Positions 29,195-38,678 of a stretch of DNA of 46,190 nucleotides are shown one piece after another. A model generated the notes under the pieces. The model saw nothing but the letters and a program-made list of their open reading frames with translations, made no database searches and was not told the DNA's origin. Source of the DNA: a candidate division WOR-3 bacterium UBA3073 (GTDB lineage: Bacteria; Hydrothermota; UBA3073); NCBI GenBank assembly GCA_002366725.1, contig DFBT01000105.1, forward strand, positions 442 through 46,631, written 5' to 3'. Position 1 is the first letter of the stretch, and every line of letters starts with the position of its first letter. The position numbers and the translations under genes were made by a program.

Positions 29195-29791
29195 ATGCAT
29201 AAAAAAGAGATACTCTCTATACTCTTTCTCGGGTCTTTATGGGGATATTATGAGGTCGCAGTCGGCGGTGCTCTCTATGGAGTGAATGTTCCGTATGCGG
29301 GGGTCTTTCTCTCAATAATTGCCCTGGGAATTCTGGGAATGGCGTCAAAACTGATTCCCAGGCTCGGTTCGGCGACACTCATTGCCGCAACCGCATCCCT
29401 CTTTAGACTTGTAAACGCGGGCCCACACTACTGTCATCTTCTGGCGATCCTTTTACTCGGAGTGGGATTCGATATAGCGAAGAGCATGGTTAAAAGAGAA
29501 AAACCCATCCTGATTGGAATATCCGGTGCATACATTGGATATGTCCTTTTTGCATTTACAATCACCTACCTTTTTAGATACCATTACTGGGTGAGCGGGG
29601 GGCTTCCAAAGGTTTTGCGATATGTGGGGATAAATGGTACCCTCGCTGCTATGGGAGGTTCAGTAAGTGTCTGGCTCGGGTATAACCTTGGAAAGATTAT
29701 AAGCAATTTTTTAAAAGGAAGAGAGAAGTTTGCTTATACTGTAGCGATAGGACTTATCTTCATCATCTGGACCGTTGGAAAGGTCCTGTAA
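29195..29791 (+). CDS. Hypothetical integral membrane protein (ECF S-component-like size)
   Basis: About 6 hydrophobic helices; GSLWGYYE; abuts mobB. Confidence 0.65.
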   Translation: MHKKEILSILFLGSLWGYYEVAVGGALYGVNVPYAGVFLSIIALGILGMASKLIPRLGSATLIAATASLFRLVNAGPHYCHLLAILLLGVGFDIAKSMVKREKPILIGISGAYIGYVLFAFTITYLFRYHYWVSGGLPKVLRYVGINGTLAAMGGSVSVWLGYNLGKIISNFLKGREKFAYTVAIGLIFIIWTVGKVL

Positions 29792-29815
29792 TGACTCAAT
29801 GACCCAATGACCTAG

Positions 29816-29944
29816 TGTCTTGTAACTGAAGTATCTTTACACCTGTCATTGCGAGCGACCATAGGGAGCGTGGCAATCTCATAGACGAGATTGCTTCGGC
29901 TTCGCCTCGCAATGACATTGTAAACTTATTTATGTTCCATGACA
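29816..29944. mobile_element. MITE flanked by CTAG (IS630/IS5-type target) carrying a REP doublet
   Basis: CTAG-TGTCTTGTAAC...GTTCCATGACA-CTAG; removal restores an 8-bp tandem array. Confidence 0.75.
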
Positions 29945-29980
29945 CTAGTGACTCAATGACCCAATGTATAGGGGGTATAT

Positions 29981-31783
29981 ATGTTAGGTGGATATATGGG
30001 AAAAATATTAGAGGTAGATTTAACGAGCGGAAAAACAGAGGCTACCCCGATAGACCCAAAACTGGCGAGGAAATTCATTGGGGCAAAGGGATATGGTGCA
30101 AAAATACTTATGGATAGAGTTGCCCCGGGGACTCCACCCTTAAGCCCCGATAATCTACTTATCGTTATGACGGGCCCACTAACGGGTACCCTCGCCCCAT
30201 CTTCTGGCAGATTTTCAGTGATAACGAAATCACCCGAGACCGGGATATTCACCGATGGACACGTCGGCGGTTACTTCGGTCCGAAACTCAAATTTGCGGG
30301 TTTCGATGGAATTGTAATCAAGGGAAGTTCGGAAAAACCCGTCTATCTTCGGATTAGAGACGAATCCTGTGAAATAGTCGATGCCGGCGACCTCTGGGGG
30401 AAGGGAGTATTTGAGACAGACGAGATATTGAAGACAAGGTATCCCGGGACGAGCTGTGGAATTATAGGACCCGCCGGTGAGAACCTCGCCAATTTTGCCT
30501 GTATATCTTTTGATTGTGGACGCCAGGCGGGGAGATGCGGTCCTGGAGCCGTAATGGGTTCAAAGAGACTAAAGGCAATTGTAGTGGAACCGGGAGATAA
30601 GAGACCCACTTATACCCACCCCGATAGATTCAAAAAACTCGTAAAAGACCTAAATCGCTCTCTGCACACCCATCCAAACCGCATAAAGAGACATGTATTG
30701 GGAACGCTCGTTTGTATATGGGAGGGAATCGACGGCGGCACCCTGCCGATAAAAAACTACAGCGGAATTGATTTTCCGCAAATTCTCAACCTGGTCCCTG
30801 AAAAACTATGGGAAGAAAACATCTGGGCTGGTACAACAACCTGCTATGCCTGTCCCGTATCCTGTACAAAGGTGAGTGTATTGAAAAAGGGCGAATATAA
30901 GGGCAAAAAATACGAGGCTCCCGAATATGAACCCACCGTACTCTTCGGTTCCAATTGTCTTATTGATTCGTACGAATGGGTAACTTATGCACATATCCTG
31001 TGTAACGACCTGGGACTGGATGCGATGTCTGCCGGTAATTGCGCAGGATTCGCCATGGAGTGTTACGAAAAGGGGCTTATCAAGCCCGGGATGGAACTAA
31101 AATTCGGTGATGGTGAAGCACTCATCCGGTTTATAAAACTTATGGCATACAGAGAGGGAATTGGTGACCTGTTCTCCAAAGGTGTGCGAAAGGCAGCGGA
31201 AGCGATAGGCAATGATTCCCACAGATTCGCGATGCATGTCAAAGGACTTGAACTGGCGGGGGTAGATACTCGCGCATCCTATGGCATGGCGCTTGCCTTT
31301 GCAACCGCAGATAGGGGCGGATGCCATCAAAGGGTATGGGTGCCGAGGGCAGAGCTCTACGGCAAACTCAAGAGATTCAGCACAGAGGGCAGAGCCGAGT
31401 TTGTCAAATACAACCAGGATGAGCGAGCAGCCTGCTTTTCACTTGACCTATGCGATTTTATGCCCTTTTCAGAGGACCAATTTGCCGACCTCTTAACCTT
31501 TTCCACCGGATTGGAATTCACAAAGGAAGAGTATGTCCTCGCCGGGGAGAGGATCTGGAATCTCACGAGACTGCTGGCGGTAAGAGAGGGAATCTCAAGA
31601 AAGGATGATACCCTTCCACCGAGAGTTATGGAAGAGCCATTACCTGCCGGCCCCGCAAAGGGACATTTCATATCAAAAGAAACACTTGATACCATGCTTG
31701 ACGAGTATTACAAACTGAGGGAATGGGATGAAAATGGTATTCCCACAGAAAAGAAACTCAAGGAATTGGGGCTGGTAGATTAA
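29981..31783 (+). CDS. Aldehyde:ferredoxin oxidoreductase family (W/Mo-pterin)
   Basis: GPLTG, KSPETG, GAVMGSKRLKA, CYACPVSC, DLGLD, RGGCH, YYKLREWD. Confidence 0.92.
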   Translation: MLGGYMGKILEVDLTSGKTEATPIDPKLARKFIGAKGYGAKILMDRVAPGTPPLSPDNLLIVMTGPLTGTLAPSSGRFSVITKSPETGIFTDGHVGGYFGPKLKFAGFDGIVIKGSSEKPVYLRIRDESCEIVDAGDLWGKGVFETDEILKTRYPGTSCGIIGPAGENLANFACISFDCGRQAGRCGPGAVMGSKRLKAIVVEPGDKRPTYTHPDRFKKLVKDLNRSLHTHPNRIKRHVLGTLVCIWEGIDGGTLPIKNYSGIDFPQILNLVPEKLWEENIWAGTTTCYACPVSCTKVSVLKKGEYKGKKYEAPEYEPTVLFGSNCLIDSYEWVTYAHILCNDLGLDAMSAGNCAGFAMECYEKGLIKPGMELKFGDGEALIRFIKLMAYREGIGDLFSKGVRKAAEAIGNDSHRFAMHVKGLELAGVDTRASYGMALAFATADRGGCHQRVWVPRAELYGKLKRFSTEGRAEFVKYNQDERAACFSLDLCDFMPFSEDQFADLLTFSTGLEFTKEEYVLAGERIWNLTRLLAVREGISRKDDTLPPRVMEEPLPAGPAKGHFISKETLDTMLDEYYKLREWDENGIPTEKKLKELGLVD

Positions 31784-31951
31784 GAGCTCTTCCTTGAATT
31801 CCTCTTGCCCTCTAAATCAAAAAAATTTCTTTTGACATATAAGGACTTTGCCAAAAAATATTTTCGGAAATATTGGCTAATCCCATACGACACAGACAGT
31901 TAACTCATAGAAACCATTTATTCATCCATTCATCGGTTAAAAATTTTTTCC

Positions 31952-31980
31952 TTGACTTTTTTTAAAAATAGTATTATAAT
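31952..31980 (+). promoter_or_regulatory. Sigma70 promoter for the NSS operon
   Basis: TTGACT-17-TATAAT. Confidence 0.75.
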
Positions 31981-32025
31981 ATCACAGAGTTGCAAAAAAA
32001 GTATAGTATTTTGAAAGGAGGGGCA

Positions 32026-33495
32026 ATGGAAGAGAGGGAGAGATGGGGAAGTAGAGCTGGATTTATTATGGCATCCATAGGTGCGGCAATTGGACTCGGA
32101 AATGTCTGGAGGTTCCCCTATATATGCTATGCGAACGGTGGTGGGGCATTTCTAATTCCCTATTTCGTTGCACTGATTACAGCGGGCATTCCATTGATGA
32201 TTTTGGAGTTTGCCCTCGGCAGAAAAGCACAAGCCGGGGCTCCTTCGGCGTTTGCCCGGATCGTGGGTAAAAAGACGGAATGGATTGGATGGCTTTCTCT
32301 GTTTGCCGTCATGCTCATATTTCTATACTACCCCACCATAATGGCGTGGAGCGTTAATTATGCGGTTCATTCTGCGACATTGAGATGGGGGACAGATACC
32401 CAAAACTTTTTCTACAACCATTTCCTTCAGACCAGTGGTGGACCCGGAATCCTGGGTGGTATAAGATGGCCAATACTCGCGGGACTTGCCGTGGTGTGGA
32501 TAGCCATATATCTCTGCTTATTCAAGGGTATAAAGGCTGTCGGCAAGGTGGTTATGTGGACGGTGACAATACCCTGGGCTATCCTCGTTATCATGGTCGT
32601 CAGGGGTCTCACGCTACCGGGGGCTGTGGATGGATTGAAATTCTATCTCACCCCCGATTTTACTGCCCTCCTGAAGCCAAATGTGTGGCTGGCTGCATAC
32701 GGACAGGTATTCTTCACCCTATCCCTCGCCATGGGCACACTCATTGTATATTCCAGTTACCTCCCAAAGAAATCAGATATATCAAACAATGCATACATCG
32801 CCTCTCTCGCCAACTGTGGCACCAGTTTCTTTGCCGGCTTTGCAGTCTTTTCCACACTGGGTTACCTGGCACAGTCGATGGGGGTGGGTGTGCCCGAGGT
32901 CGCCAAGTCCGGTCTCGGACTTGCATTTGTAACCTATCCCACGGTAATAAGGTTACTTCCATTTTGTGCACCGTTCTTTGGCATATTATTTTTTATCATG
33001 CTCTTAACCCTGGGGATAGATTCTGCATTCTCACAGGTAGAGCCATTTGTCGCGGGATTTACTGACAAATGGCACTTCTCCAAAAAGTGGGCGCTACCCC
33101 TGATCTGTTTTTTCGGCTTTCTCGTGGGAGTTTTATTTACAACCCGGGGGGGATTCTACTGGTTGGATATAGTAGATTATTTCACCTGTACCTTTGGGCT
33201 GTGTCTCGTTGGATTTCTTGAGTGCGTAGCAATTGGTTACATATACAAGGCTCGTAAGATGAGGGAGTACGTGAACGAGGTTTCCGAATTCAAGATCGGG
33301 AAGTGGTGGGATGTGATGATTATGATAGTTACTCCCGCCATACTCGGGATATCCTTCGTATGGGAGCTTATAAAGTTGGTTCAAAATGGTTATGGAAGTT
33401 ACCCGAGGTGGACGAGTTTTGTTGGAATAGGTATTCTCGTCCTCATCATTATATTATCCTTTGTGCTTGCGAAAACAAAAGGAAGGGAGGAGTAA
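32026..33495 (+). CDS. Sodium:neurotransmitter symporter (NSS) family transporter, copy 1
   Basis: RERWGSR, AIGLGNVWRFPY, GGGAFLIPY, QVFFTLSL. Confidence 0.92.
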   Translation: MEERERWGSRAGFIMASIGAAIGLGNVWRFPYICYANGGGAFLIPYFVALITAGIPLMILEFALGRKAQAGAPSAFARIVGKKTEWIGWLSLFAVMLIFLYYPTIMAWSVNYAVHSATLRWGTDTQNFFYNHFLQTSGGPGILGGIRWPILAGLAVVWIAIYLCLFKGIKAVGKVVMWTVTIPWAILVIMVVRGLTLPGAVDGLKFYLTPDFTALLKPNVWLAAYGQVFFTLSLAMGTLIVYSSYLPKKSDISNNAYIASLANCGTSFFAGFAVFSTLGYLAQSMGVGVPEVAKSGLGLAFVTYPTVIRLLPFCAPFFGILFFIMLLTLGIDSAFSQVEPFVAGFTDKWHFSKKWALPLICFFGFLVGVLFTTRGGFYWLDIVDYFTCTFGLCLVGFLECVAIGYIYKARKMREYVNEVSEFKIGKWWDVMIMIVTPAILGISFVWELIKLVQNGYGSYPRWTSFVGIGILVLIIILSFVLAKTKGREE

Positions 33496-33609
33496 ATGCC
33501 CGCATCGGCGATCGTTATGTTGATATTTGGTTGTTTGGTGCTCTATGGAGGCTTAGCCCTTTGTCTCCGCAGGGCAATGAGAAGTGGAAAAGAGAAAAAA
33601 GAATCTTAA
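33496..33609 (+). CDS. MetS-family NSS transporter small subunit (37 aa)
   Basis: MPASAIVMLIFGCLVLYGGLALCLRRAMRSGKEKKES; GGAGG RBS; abuts the NSS stop. Confidence 0.8.
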   Translation: MPASAIVMLIFGCLVLYGGLALCLRRAMRSGKEKKES

Positions 33610-33627
33610 GGAAAGGAGGAAAAGTTT

Positions 33628-33924
33628 ATGCAAACTTATATTATCCTGATGAAGATGACGGAGGAGGGGCTTAAGGTCGGTAAAGATACCCCAAGATGGA
33701 TCAAAAAAGTTATAGAAAACTCCAAGAGGCTGGGGGAATGCAATCTCAAGGGCTTCTACAAGGTAATGGGTGATTATGACTTTGTAAGTCTTATTGAGGT
33801 CTCCGATGACAAAACAGCCCTGGCGTTTGTTATGTCCCTGAGCTCTACCGGATATGTCAGAACCACCAGTCTCAAAGCCTATACATTAGACCAACTCGAC
33901 GAAGCACTTGGAAAATTGTCTTAA
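33628..33924 (+). CDS. GYD-domain protein
   Basis: YIILMKMTEEG, YKVMGDYDFV, GYVRTTSLKA. Confidence 0.8.
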   Translation: MQTYIILMKMTEEGLKVGKDTPRWIKKVIENSKRLGECNLKGFYKVMGDYDFVSLIEVSDDKTALAFVMSLSSTGYVRTTSLKAYTLDQLDEALGKLS

Positions 33925-33938
33925 ATACAGGTGGTGAA

Positions 33939-35456
33939 ATGGTCGATAAAAGGGAACGATGGGGATGTCGTACTTCCTTTATTATGGCGGCAATAGGCTC
34001 AGCAATTGGACTCGGTAATATATGGAGGTTCCCCTATATATGCTATGCGAATGGTGGTGGGGCATTTCTAATTCCCTATTTTGTTGCACTGATTACAGCG
34101 GGTATTCCATTGATGATTTTGGAGTTTGCCCTCGGCAGAAAGGCACAAGCCGGGGCTCCTTCGGCGTTTGCCCGGATTGTGGGTAAAAAGACGGAATGGA
34201 TTGGCTGGCTTCCTCTGTTTGCCATTATGCTCATATTTTTCTATTATCCCGTTATAATGGCATGGAGCGTTGATTATGCAGTTTATTCAGCGACATTGAG
34301 ATGGGGAACAAATACCCAAAACTTCTTCTACAACCATTTCCTTCAAACCAGTGGCGGACCCGGAATCCTGGGTGGTATAAGATGGCCAATACTTGCGGGA
34401 CTTGCCGTGGTGTGGATAGCCATATATCTTTGCCTATTCAAGGGTGTAAAGGCTGTCGGCAAGGTGGTTATGTGGACGGTGACAATACCCTGGGCTATCC
34501 TCATTATTATGGTTGTCAGAGGTCTCACACTACCGGGAGCTGTGGATGGATTGAAATTCTATCTCACCCCCGATTTTACTGCCCTCCTGAAGCCAAATGT
34601 GTGGCTGGCTGCCTACGGACAGGTATTCTTCACCCTATCCCTCGCCATGGGCATACTTATCGTATATTCCAGTTACCTCCCAAAGAAATCAGATATATCA
34701 AATAACGCATATATTATTTCTTTCGCCAACTGTGGCACCAGTTTCTTTGCCGGCTTTGCAGTCTTTTCCACACTGGGTTACCTGGCGCAGTCGATGGGGG
34801 TGGGTGTACCCGAGGTCACCAAGTCCGGTCTCGGACTTGCATTTGTAACCTACCCCACGGCAATAAGGCTACTTCCATTCTGGGCACCGTTCTTTGGCAT
34901 ATTATTTTTTATCATGCTCTTAACCCTGGGGATAGATTCTGCATTTTCTCAGGTAGAGCCATTTGTCGCCGGATTTACCGACAAATGGCACTTCTCGAAA
35001 AAGTGGATCTTGCCCATAGTATGTATTTTCGGATTCCTGGTCGGTATATTGTTTACAACAAGAGGTGGTATCTATTGGTTGGATATGGTAGACTATTTTA
35101 CCTGCACCTTCGGACTGACACTTGTTGGATTTCTTGAGTGTGTAGCGATTGGTTATATATACAAATCTCGTAAGATGAGGGAGTATGTGAACGAAGTTTC
35201 CGAATTCAGGATCGGCAAGTGGTGGGATGTGATGATTATGATAGTTACTCCCGCCATACTCGGGATATCCTTCGTATGGGAGCTCGTAAAGTTGGTTCAA
35301 AAAGGTTACGGAGATTATCCGAGGTGGACGAGTTTTACTGGAATGTGTATCCTCATCTTTATCGTCATCCTGTCCTTTGTTTTTATGCAAATAAAGGGAA
35401 GAAAGGGACAGTACAATATCCCCACAGAGCATGTCAAAGAAATTAAAGGGAGGTGA
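33939..35456 (+). CDS. NSS family transporter, copy 2
   Basis: Near-identical paralog of 32026-33495. Confidence 0.92.
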   Translation: MVDKRERWGCRTSFIMAAIGSAIGLGNIWRFPYICYANGGGAFLIPYFVALITAGIPLMILEFALGRKAQAGAPSAFARIVGKKTEWIGWLPLFAIMLIFFYYPVIMAWSVDYAVYSATLRWGTNTQNFFYNHFLQTSGGPGILGGIRWPILAGLAVVWIAIYLCLFKGVKAVGKVVMWTVTIPWAILIIMVVRGLTLPGAVDGLKFYLTPDFTALLKPNVWLAAYGQVFFTLSLAMGILIVYSSYLPKKSDISNNAYIISFANCGTSFFAGFAVFSTLGYLAQSMGVGVPEVTKSGLGLAFVTYPTAIRLLPFWAPFFGILFFIMLLTLGIDSAFSQVEPFVAGFTDKWHFSKKWILPIVCIFGFLVGILFTTRGGIYWLDMVDYFTCTFGLTLVGFLECVAIGYIYKSRKMREYVNEVSEFRIGKWWDVMIMIVTPAILGISFVWELVKLVQKGYGDYPRWTSFTGMCILIFIVILSFVFMQIKGRKGQYNIPTEHVKEIKGR

Positions 35457-35518
35457 TGCCCATGCGTAGATAGGAGAAGGATTGCCTTTTCTTGGAGCTT
35501 TATAAAAAGGAGGTGGAT

Positions 35519-36436
35519 ATGTTCAAGAAAACAGCTCCTGTGTTGGTAGTGCTCTTTGCAGCCTCTACGCTGTTCGGGTTTGCAAAGAAGCCCGCGCTAT
35601 GGGCAATATATGATGCCCATTTTGCGAATGCCAAGTATGTAGATCTTACCCATGCATTCTCTCCCACGATACCAGTTTGGGCAGGATTTGGACATGCAAA
35701 ATTTAAGCCCTGCAGGGCTGGTATAGACTGGCCAGGCTATGTATCGAAAGGAGATGTGTTTGAGTATGAGAAGCACGGATTCATTGCTACGGCTTATGAG
35801 CTTCCTACAGACCAATATGGAACTCAGTTAGACCCTCCAGCACATTTCTATCCAAAGGGTGCTACAATTGATCAGTTGCCTGCTACATACTGCATAAGAC
35901 CACTTGTGGTAATAGATGTCCATGAGAAAGTAGAAAAGGAACCAGACTACCACTGCACTCTCGATGATATAAAGGCTTGGGAGACGAAGTATGGAGAAAT
36001 ACCCGAAGGTTCGGTTGTGATGATTCGCTCAGATCAGTCAAAGAAGTGGCCCACCAAGGCGTTTGAGGAACACCTCCCAGGGATAACACTCGATGCCCTG
36101 AAGTATCTACATGAAGAGCGACATATATTATTCCATGGACATGAATGTTTGGATACTGATACTACAGGTGCGATGATTGGGGAGACATGGCTCTTAACTC
36201 ATAATTATTGTCAGGCAGAGGGCGTTGCTAATCTCTGGATGGTTCCCGAGACGGGTGCACTCATAGCGGTTGGATACGCAAAACCGATGGGTGGCACGGG
36301 AGGATATGCGAGATACATCGCGATATGTCCTCCCGATTGGGAATACGGTGTCTCGATAGATGAGGCTCCCGGTGCACCTCTTCCGGAAGATAACCCTCTG
36401 CACTGGGATGAAGAGAAGGGAATGCGGGTGAGATAG
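35519..36436 (+). CDS. Cyclase/kynurenine formamidase family protein with signal peptide
   Basis: VDLTH, YGTQLDPPAHF, RPLVVID, IPEG, E.VANL; AGGAGGT RBS. Confidence 0.8.
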   Translation: MFKKTAPVLVVLFAASTLFGFAKKPALWAIYDAHFANAKYVDLTHAFSPTIPVWAGFGHAKFKPCRAGIDWPGYVSKGDVFEYEKHGFIATAYELPTDQYGTQLDPPAHFYPKGATIDQLPATYCIRPLVVIDVHEKVEKEPDYHCTLDDIKAWETKYGEIPEGSVVMIRSDQSKKWPTKAFEEHLPGITLDALKYLHEERHILFHGHECLDTDTTGAMIGETWLLTHNYCQAEGVANLWMVPETGALIAVGYAKPMGGTGGYARYIAICPPDWEYGVSIDEAPGAPLPEDNPLHWDEEKGMRVR

Positions 36437-36488
36437 TTGTTAATGATGATGGGGGACACAGGTGCCCCCTCAAGAAAAGGAGGGATGT

Positions 36489-37871
36489 ATGTCTAAAAAG
36501 ACGCTCGTTGTACTCGTATCGATGGTCTTCCTGACCACATTCGTCTTTGCAGGTGGCCCAACGCTCACATACCATGGATTGTGGTATACATACTCGTTCT
36601 TCTGGAATAATGCCGACTTCGACACCGGCACCAGTGACGGCGACCAGCACTATTATATGCACGGTGATATCTCAGTAAACGCAGATTTTGGAGCGGGTGT
36701 AGGTACTCATGTGACCATCGGCGATTGGGGAACTTACGGCAAACATGCCATAACCTGTGAAGGCCCGGAAGGATGCGGTGCTCCAGCTGGTTTTGCTGCC
36801 AACGGTGTTCATCTCATGGAAGCATACCTCAATGTAGCCGATCTCTTCGATACCCCATTCTCTCTCACTGTAGGGAAACAACACATCTGCTATGGCGACC
36901 AGGTGTTCGACGGCGGTGAAGACGGATTTATGGGTGCAAAACTCTCGTATGGTTCCGAAATGTTCGACTTCGATGTCTTCGGTTACAGACTCGTGGAAGG
37001 CGGTGGAACGGGTTTCATCGGTTCTGGGACACCAGAAGTACCCGATGATTGGGACCTGTATGGCATATGGGCAACCGCCAAACTCCTTGAGGGTAATGTA
37101 AATTTGAGTCCTTACGGTTTCTACAGAACCCGCAATACAGAGGCAATAGCTTATAAAACACAGTATGGTACAATAAAGGACAATCCCATGTGGCTCGGAT
37201 TGAGAAGTGAAGGTTCCCCAGCGACGGGACTCAACTTTGCGGCAGAGTTTACGATGATGATGGGCAGCCAAGAATTTGTAGAAGAAGAGAAGAATGGCGA
37301 CGAGAACAAAGTAGACTATAAGGGAATGCACTATATGGCGAGAGCTGGATATACTCCTCCCGGAATGCCCGTTACGATCGGTGGCGCCTATGTCTCATTT
37401 AGCGGTGATACTTTAGAGGGAGATTACTCATATGGAGATGAAAATACAGTTTACGAATCTCCCACCTGGGGTCCCTACACATTCGGATTCTACAAGGACT
37501 GGCCCGGATTTGGTCCCGCTCACCTTCTGAGAACTTGCTGTGGATTTTCACTGCTCGCACCCTGGGAACCGATGGTTGCCAATCTCAATGTCATCAACGC
37601 AAACATCGGCTTTACCAATGGCCCGGTTGCTCTCAGGGCAGACTACTTTATGTATGCAAGAAACAAAACTCTTGATGCGGATGATCCCGCTACTCCAGTT
37701 ATTGATAATGAAGCTGCTATGGGAAACGAGATCGCTCTTATGGCGAAGTATACCTACCAGGAGACCATCACCTTTGGGGCTACGGCTGGATACTGGATTC
37801 CCGGCAAATACTTTGGGGAAGACCTCACTGCTATGCTTGGCGGCTATATCTGGACGGCAATGGGCTTCTAA
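36489..37871 (+). CDS. Outer-membrane porin, alginate-export-like beta-barrel
   Basis: Signal peptide; EAYL..LTVGKQ..YGD; GNEI; C-terminal Phe. Confidence 0.7.
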   Translation: MSKKTLVVLVSMVFLTTFVFAGGPTLTYHGLWYTYSFFWNNADFDTGTSDGDQHYYMHGDISVNADFGAGVGTHVTIGDWGTYGKHAITCEGPEGCGAPAGFAANGVHLMEAYLNVADLFDTPFSLTVGKQHICYGDQVFDGGEDGFMGAKLSYGSEMFDFDVFGYRLVEGGGTGFIGSGTPEVPDDWDLYGIWATAKLLEGNVNLSPYGFYRTRNTEAIAYKTQYGTIKDNPMWLGLRSEGSPATGLNFAAEFTMMMGSQEFVEEEKNGDENKVDYKGMHYMARAGYTPPGMPVTIGGAYVSFSGDTLEGDYSYGDENTVYESPTWGPYTFGFYKDWPGFGPAHLLRTCCGFSLLAPWEPMVANLNVINANIGFTNGPVALRADYFMYARNKTLDADDPATPVIDNEAAMGNEIALMAKYTYQETITFGATAGYWIPGKYFGEDLTAMLGGYIWTAMGF

Positions 37872-37883
37872 ATACCCGCTTGC

Positions 37884-37921
37884 AAGAAGGGGGATGGAGT
37901 TACTCTATCCCCCTTCTTTGT
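37884..37921 (+). terminator. Intrinsic terminator after the porin gene
   Basis: AAGAAGGGGGATGGAG / CTCTATCCCCCTTCTT stem followed by T-rich bases. Confidence 0.7.
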
Positions 37922-38027
37922 TATAGACGGTTCTGCTCAGGTAGATATGGGTAAATTCCCTTTTGTTATTACTCCTTACATACCTGTATATAAATCAGTA
38001 CTGTGTAAAACACAGTAGTTCCTCTAT

Positions 38028-38260
38028 TGCCCCGCCAAGGCAGGGCACTCCACTTATTTACTAACGGGTTTTGGAGTGCCTGCCTGTCATACGACCTGTA
38101 TAGGTCATACGACCCGTATGGGCGGTAAGCAGGTCAGCCTTTGGAATTAAGGCGTTAGCCTTTGGAATTAAGGCGTCAGCCTTTTATATAAAATCCTTTC
38201 CATACGGATGCTGTGCAACGGATTAACTCCACGGATTAACTCCACAGATTAACTCCAACT
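38028..38260. repeat. Cluster of nested palindromes plus 21-bp (38136-38184) and 13-bp (38220-38258) tandem repeats
   Basis: AGCCTTTGGAATTAAGGCGTY about 2.4 copies; GGATTAACTCCAC about 3 copies. Confidence 0.75.
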
Positions 38261-38368
38261 TGCTGCATGGCTGTTTTTGCACAACCACCAAAGCTTGCGG
38301 CTACCATTTTTGGCTTTTATGCACAGCCTGATGTGGAATAACCAATCAAATTTTCATAAAAAAATCTG

Positions 38369-38397
38369 TTGACAAATCCCGATATTTGGTGTATAAT
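38369..38397 (+). promoter_or_regulatory. Sigma70 promoter for rnfG
   Basis: TTGACA-17-TATAAT. Confidence 0.8.
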
Positions 38398-38429
38398 ACG
38401 AGAGCACTTGGAACGGATAGTAGAAAAGT

Positions 38430-38632
38430 AAAAATCAAATATCAAAATGCAAAATGACAAATTAAAAATCAAAAAGTATAACACTAATAACACAAATGCC
38501 CCAAATTACAAGAACAAACCTTAAACTATTTTTTTTTTATTTGTGACTGTTCGTCCAATTCATAATATTCGTGGTTGCAATTTTGCATTTTTATATGTAA
38601 TTTTGATATTTACATTTTGATTTTTGATTTGA
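38430..38632. repeat. AT-rich long inverted low-complexity repeat (AAATCAAAA...TTTTGATTT)
   Basis: Same family at 43330-43560 and 4362-4402. Confidence 0.65.
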
Positions 38633-38678
38633 CCTTATGCTCTCTGCGGTTGATTTCAAAAGCAAAGATGGAGGATAT

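Noticed and set aside
38136-38258. Hairpin-bearing repeats as a CRISPR array
   Set aside because: Head-to-tail tandem units with no spacers
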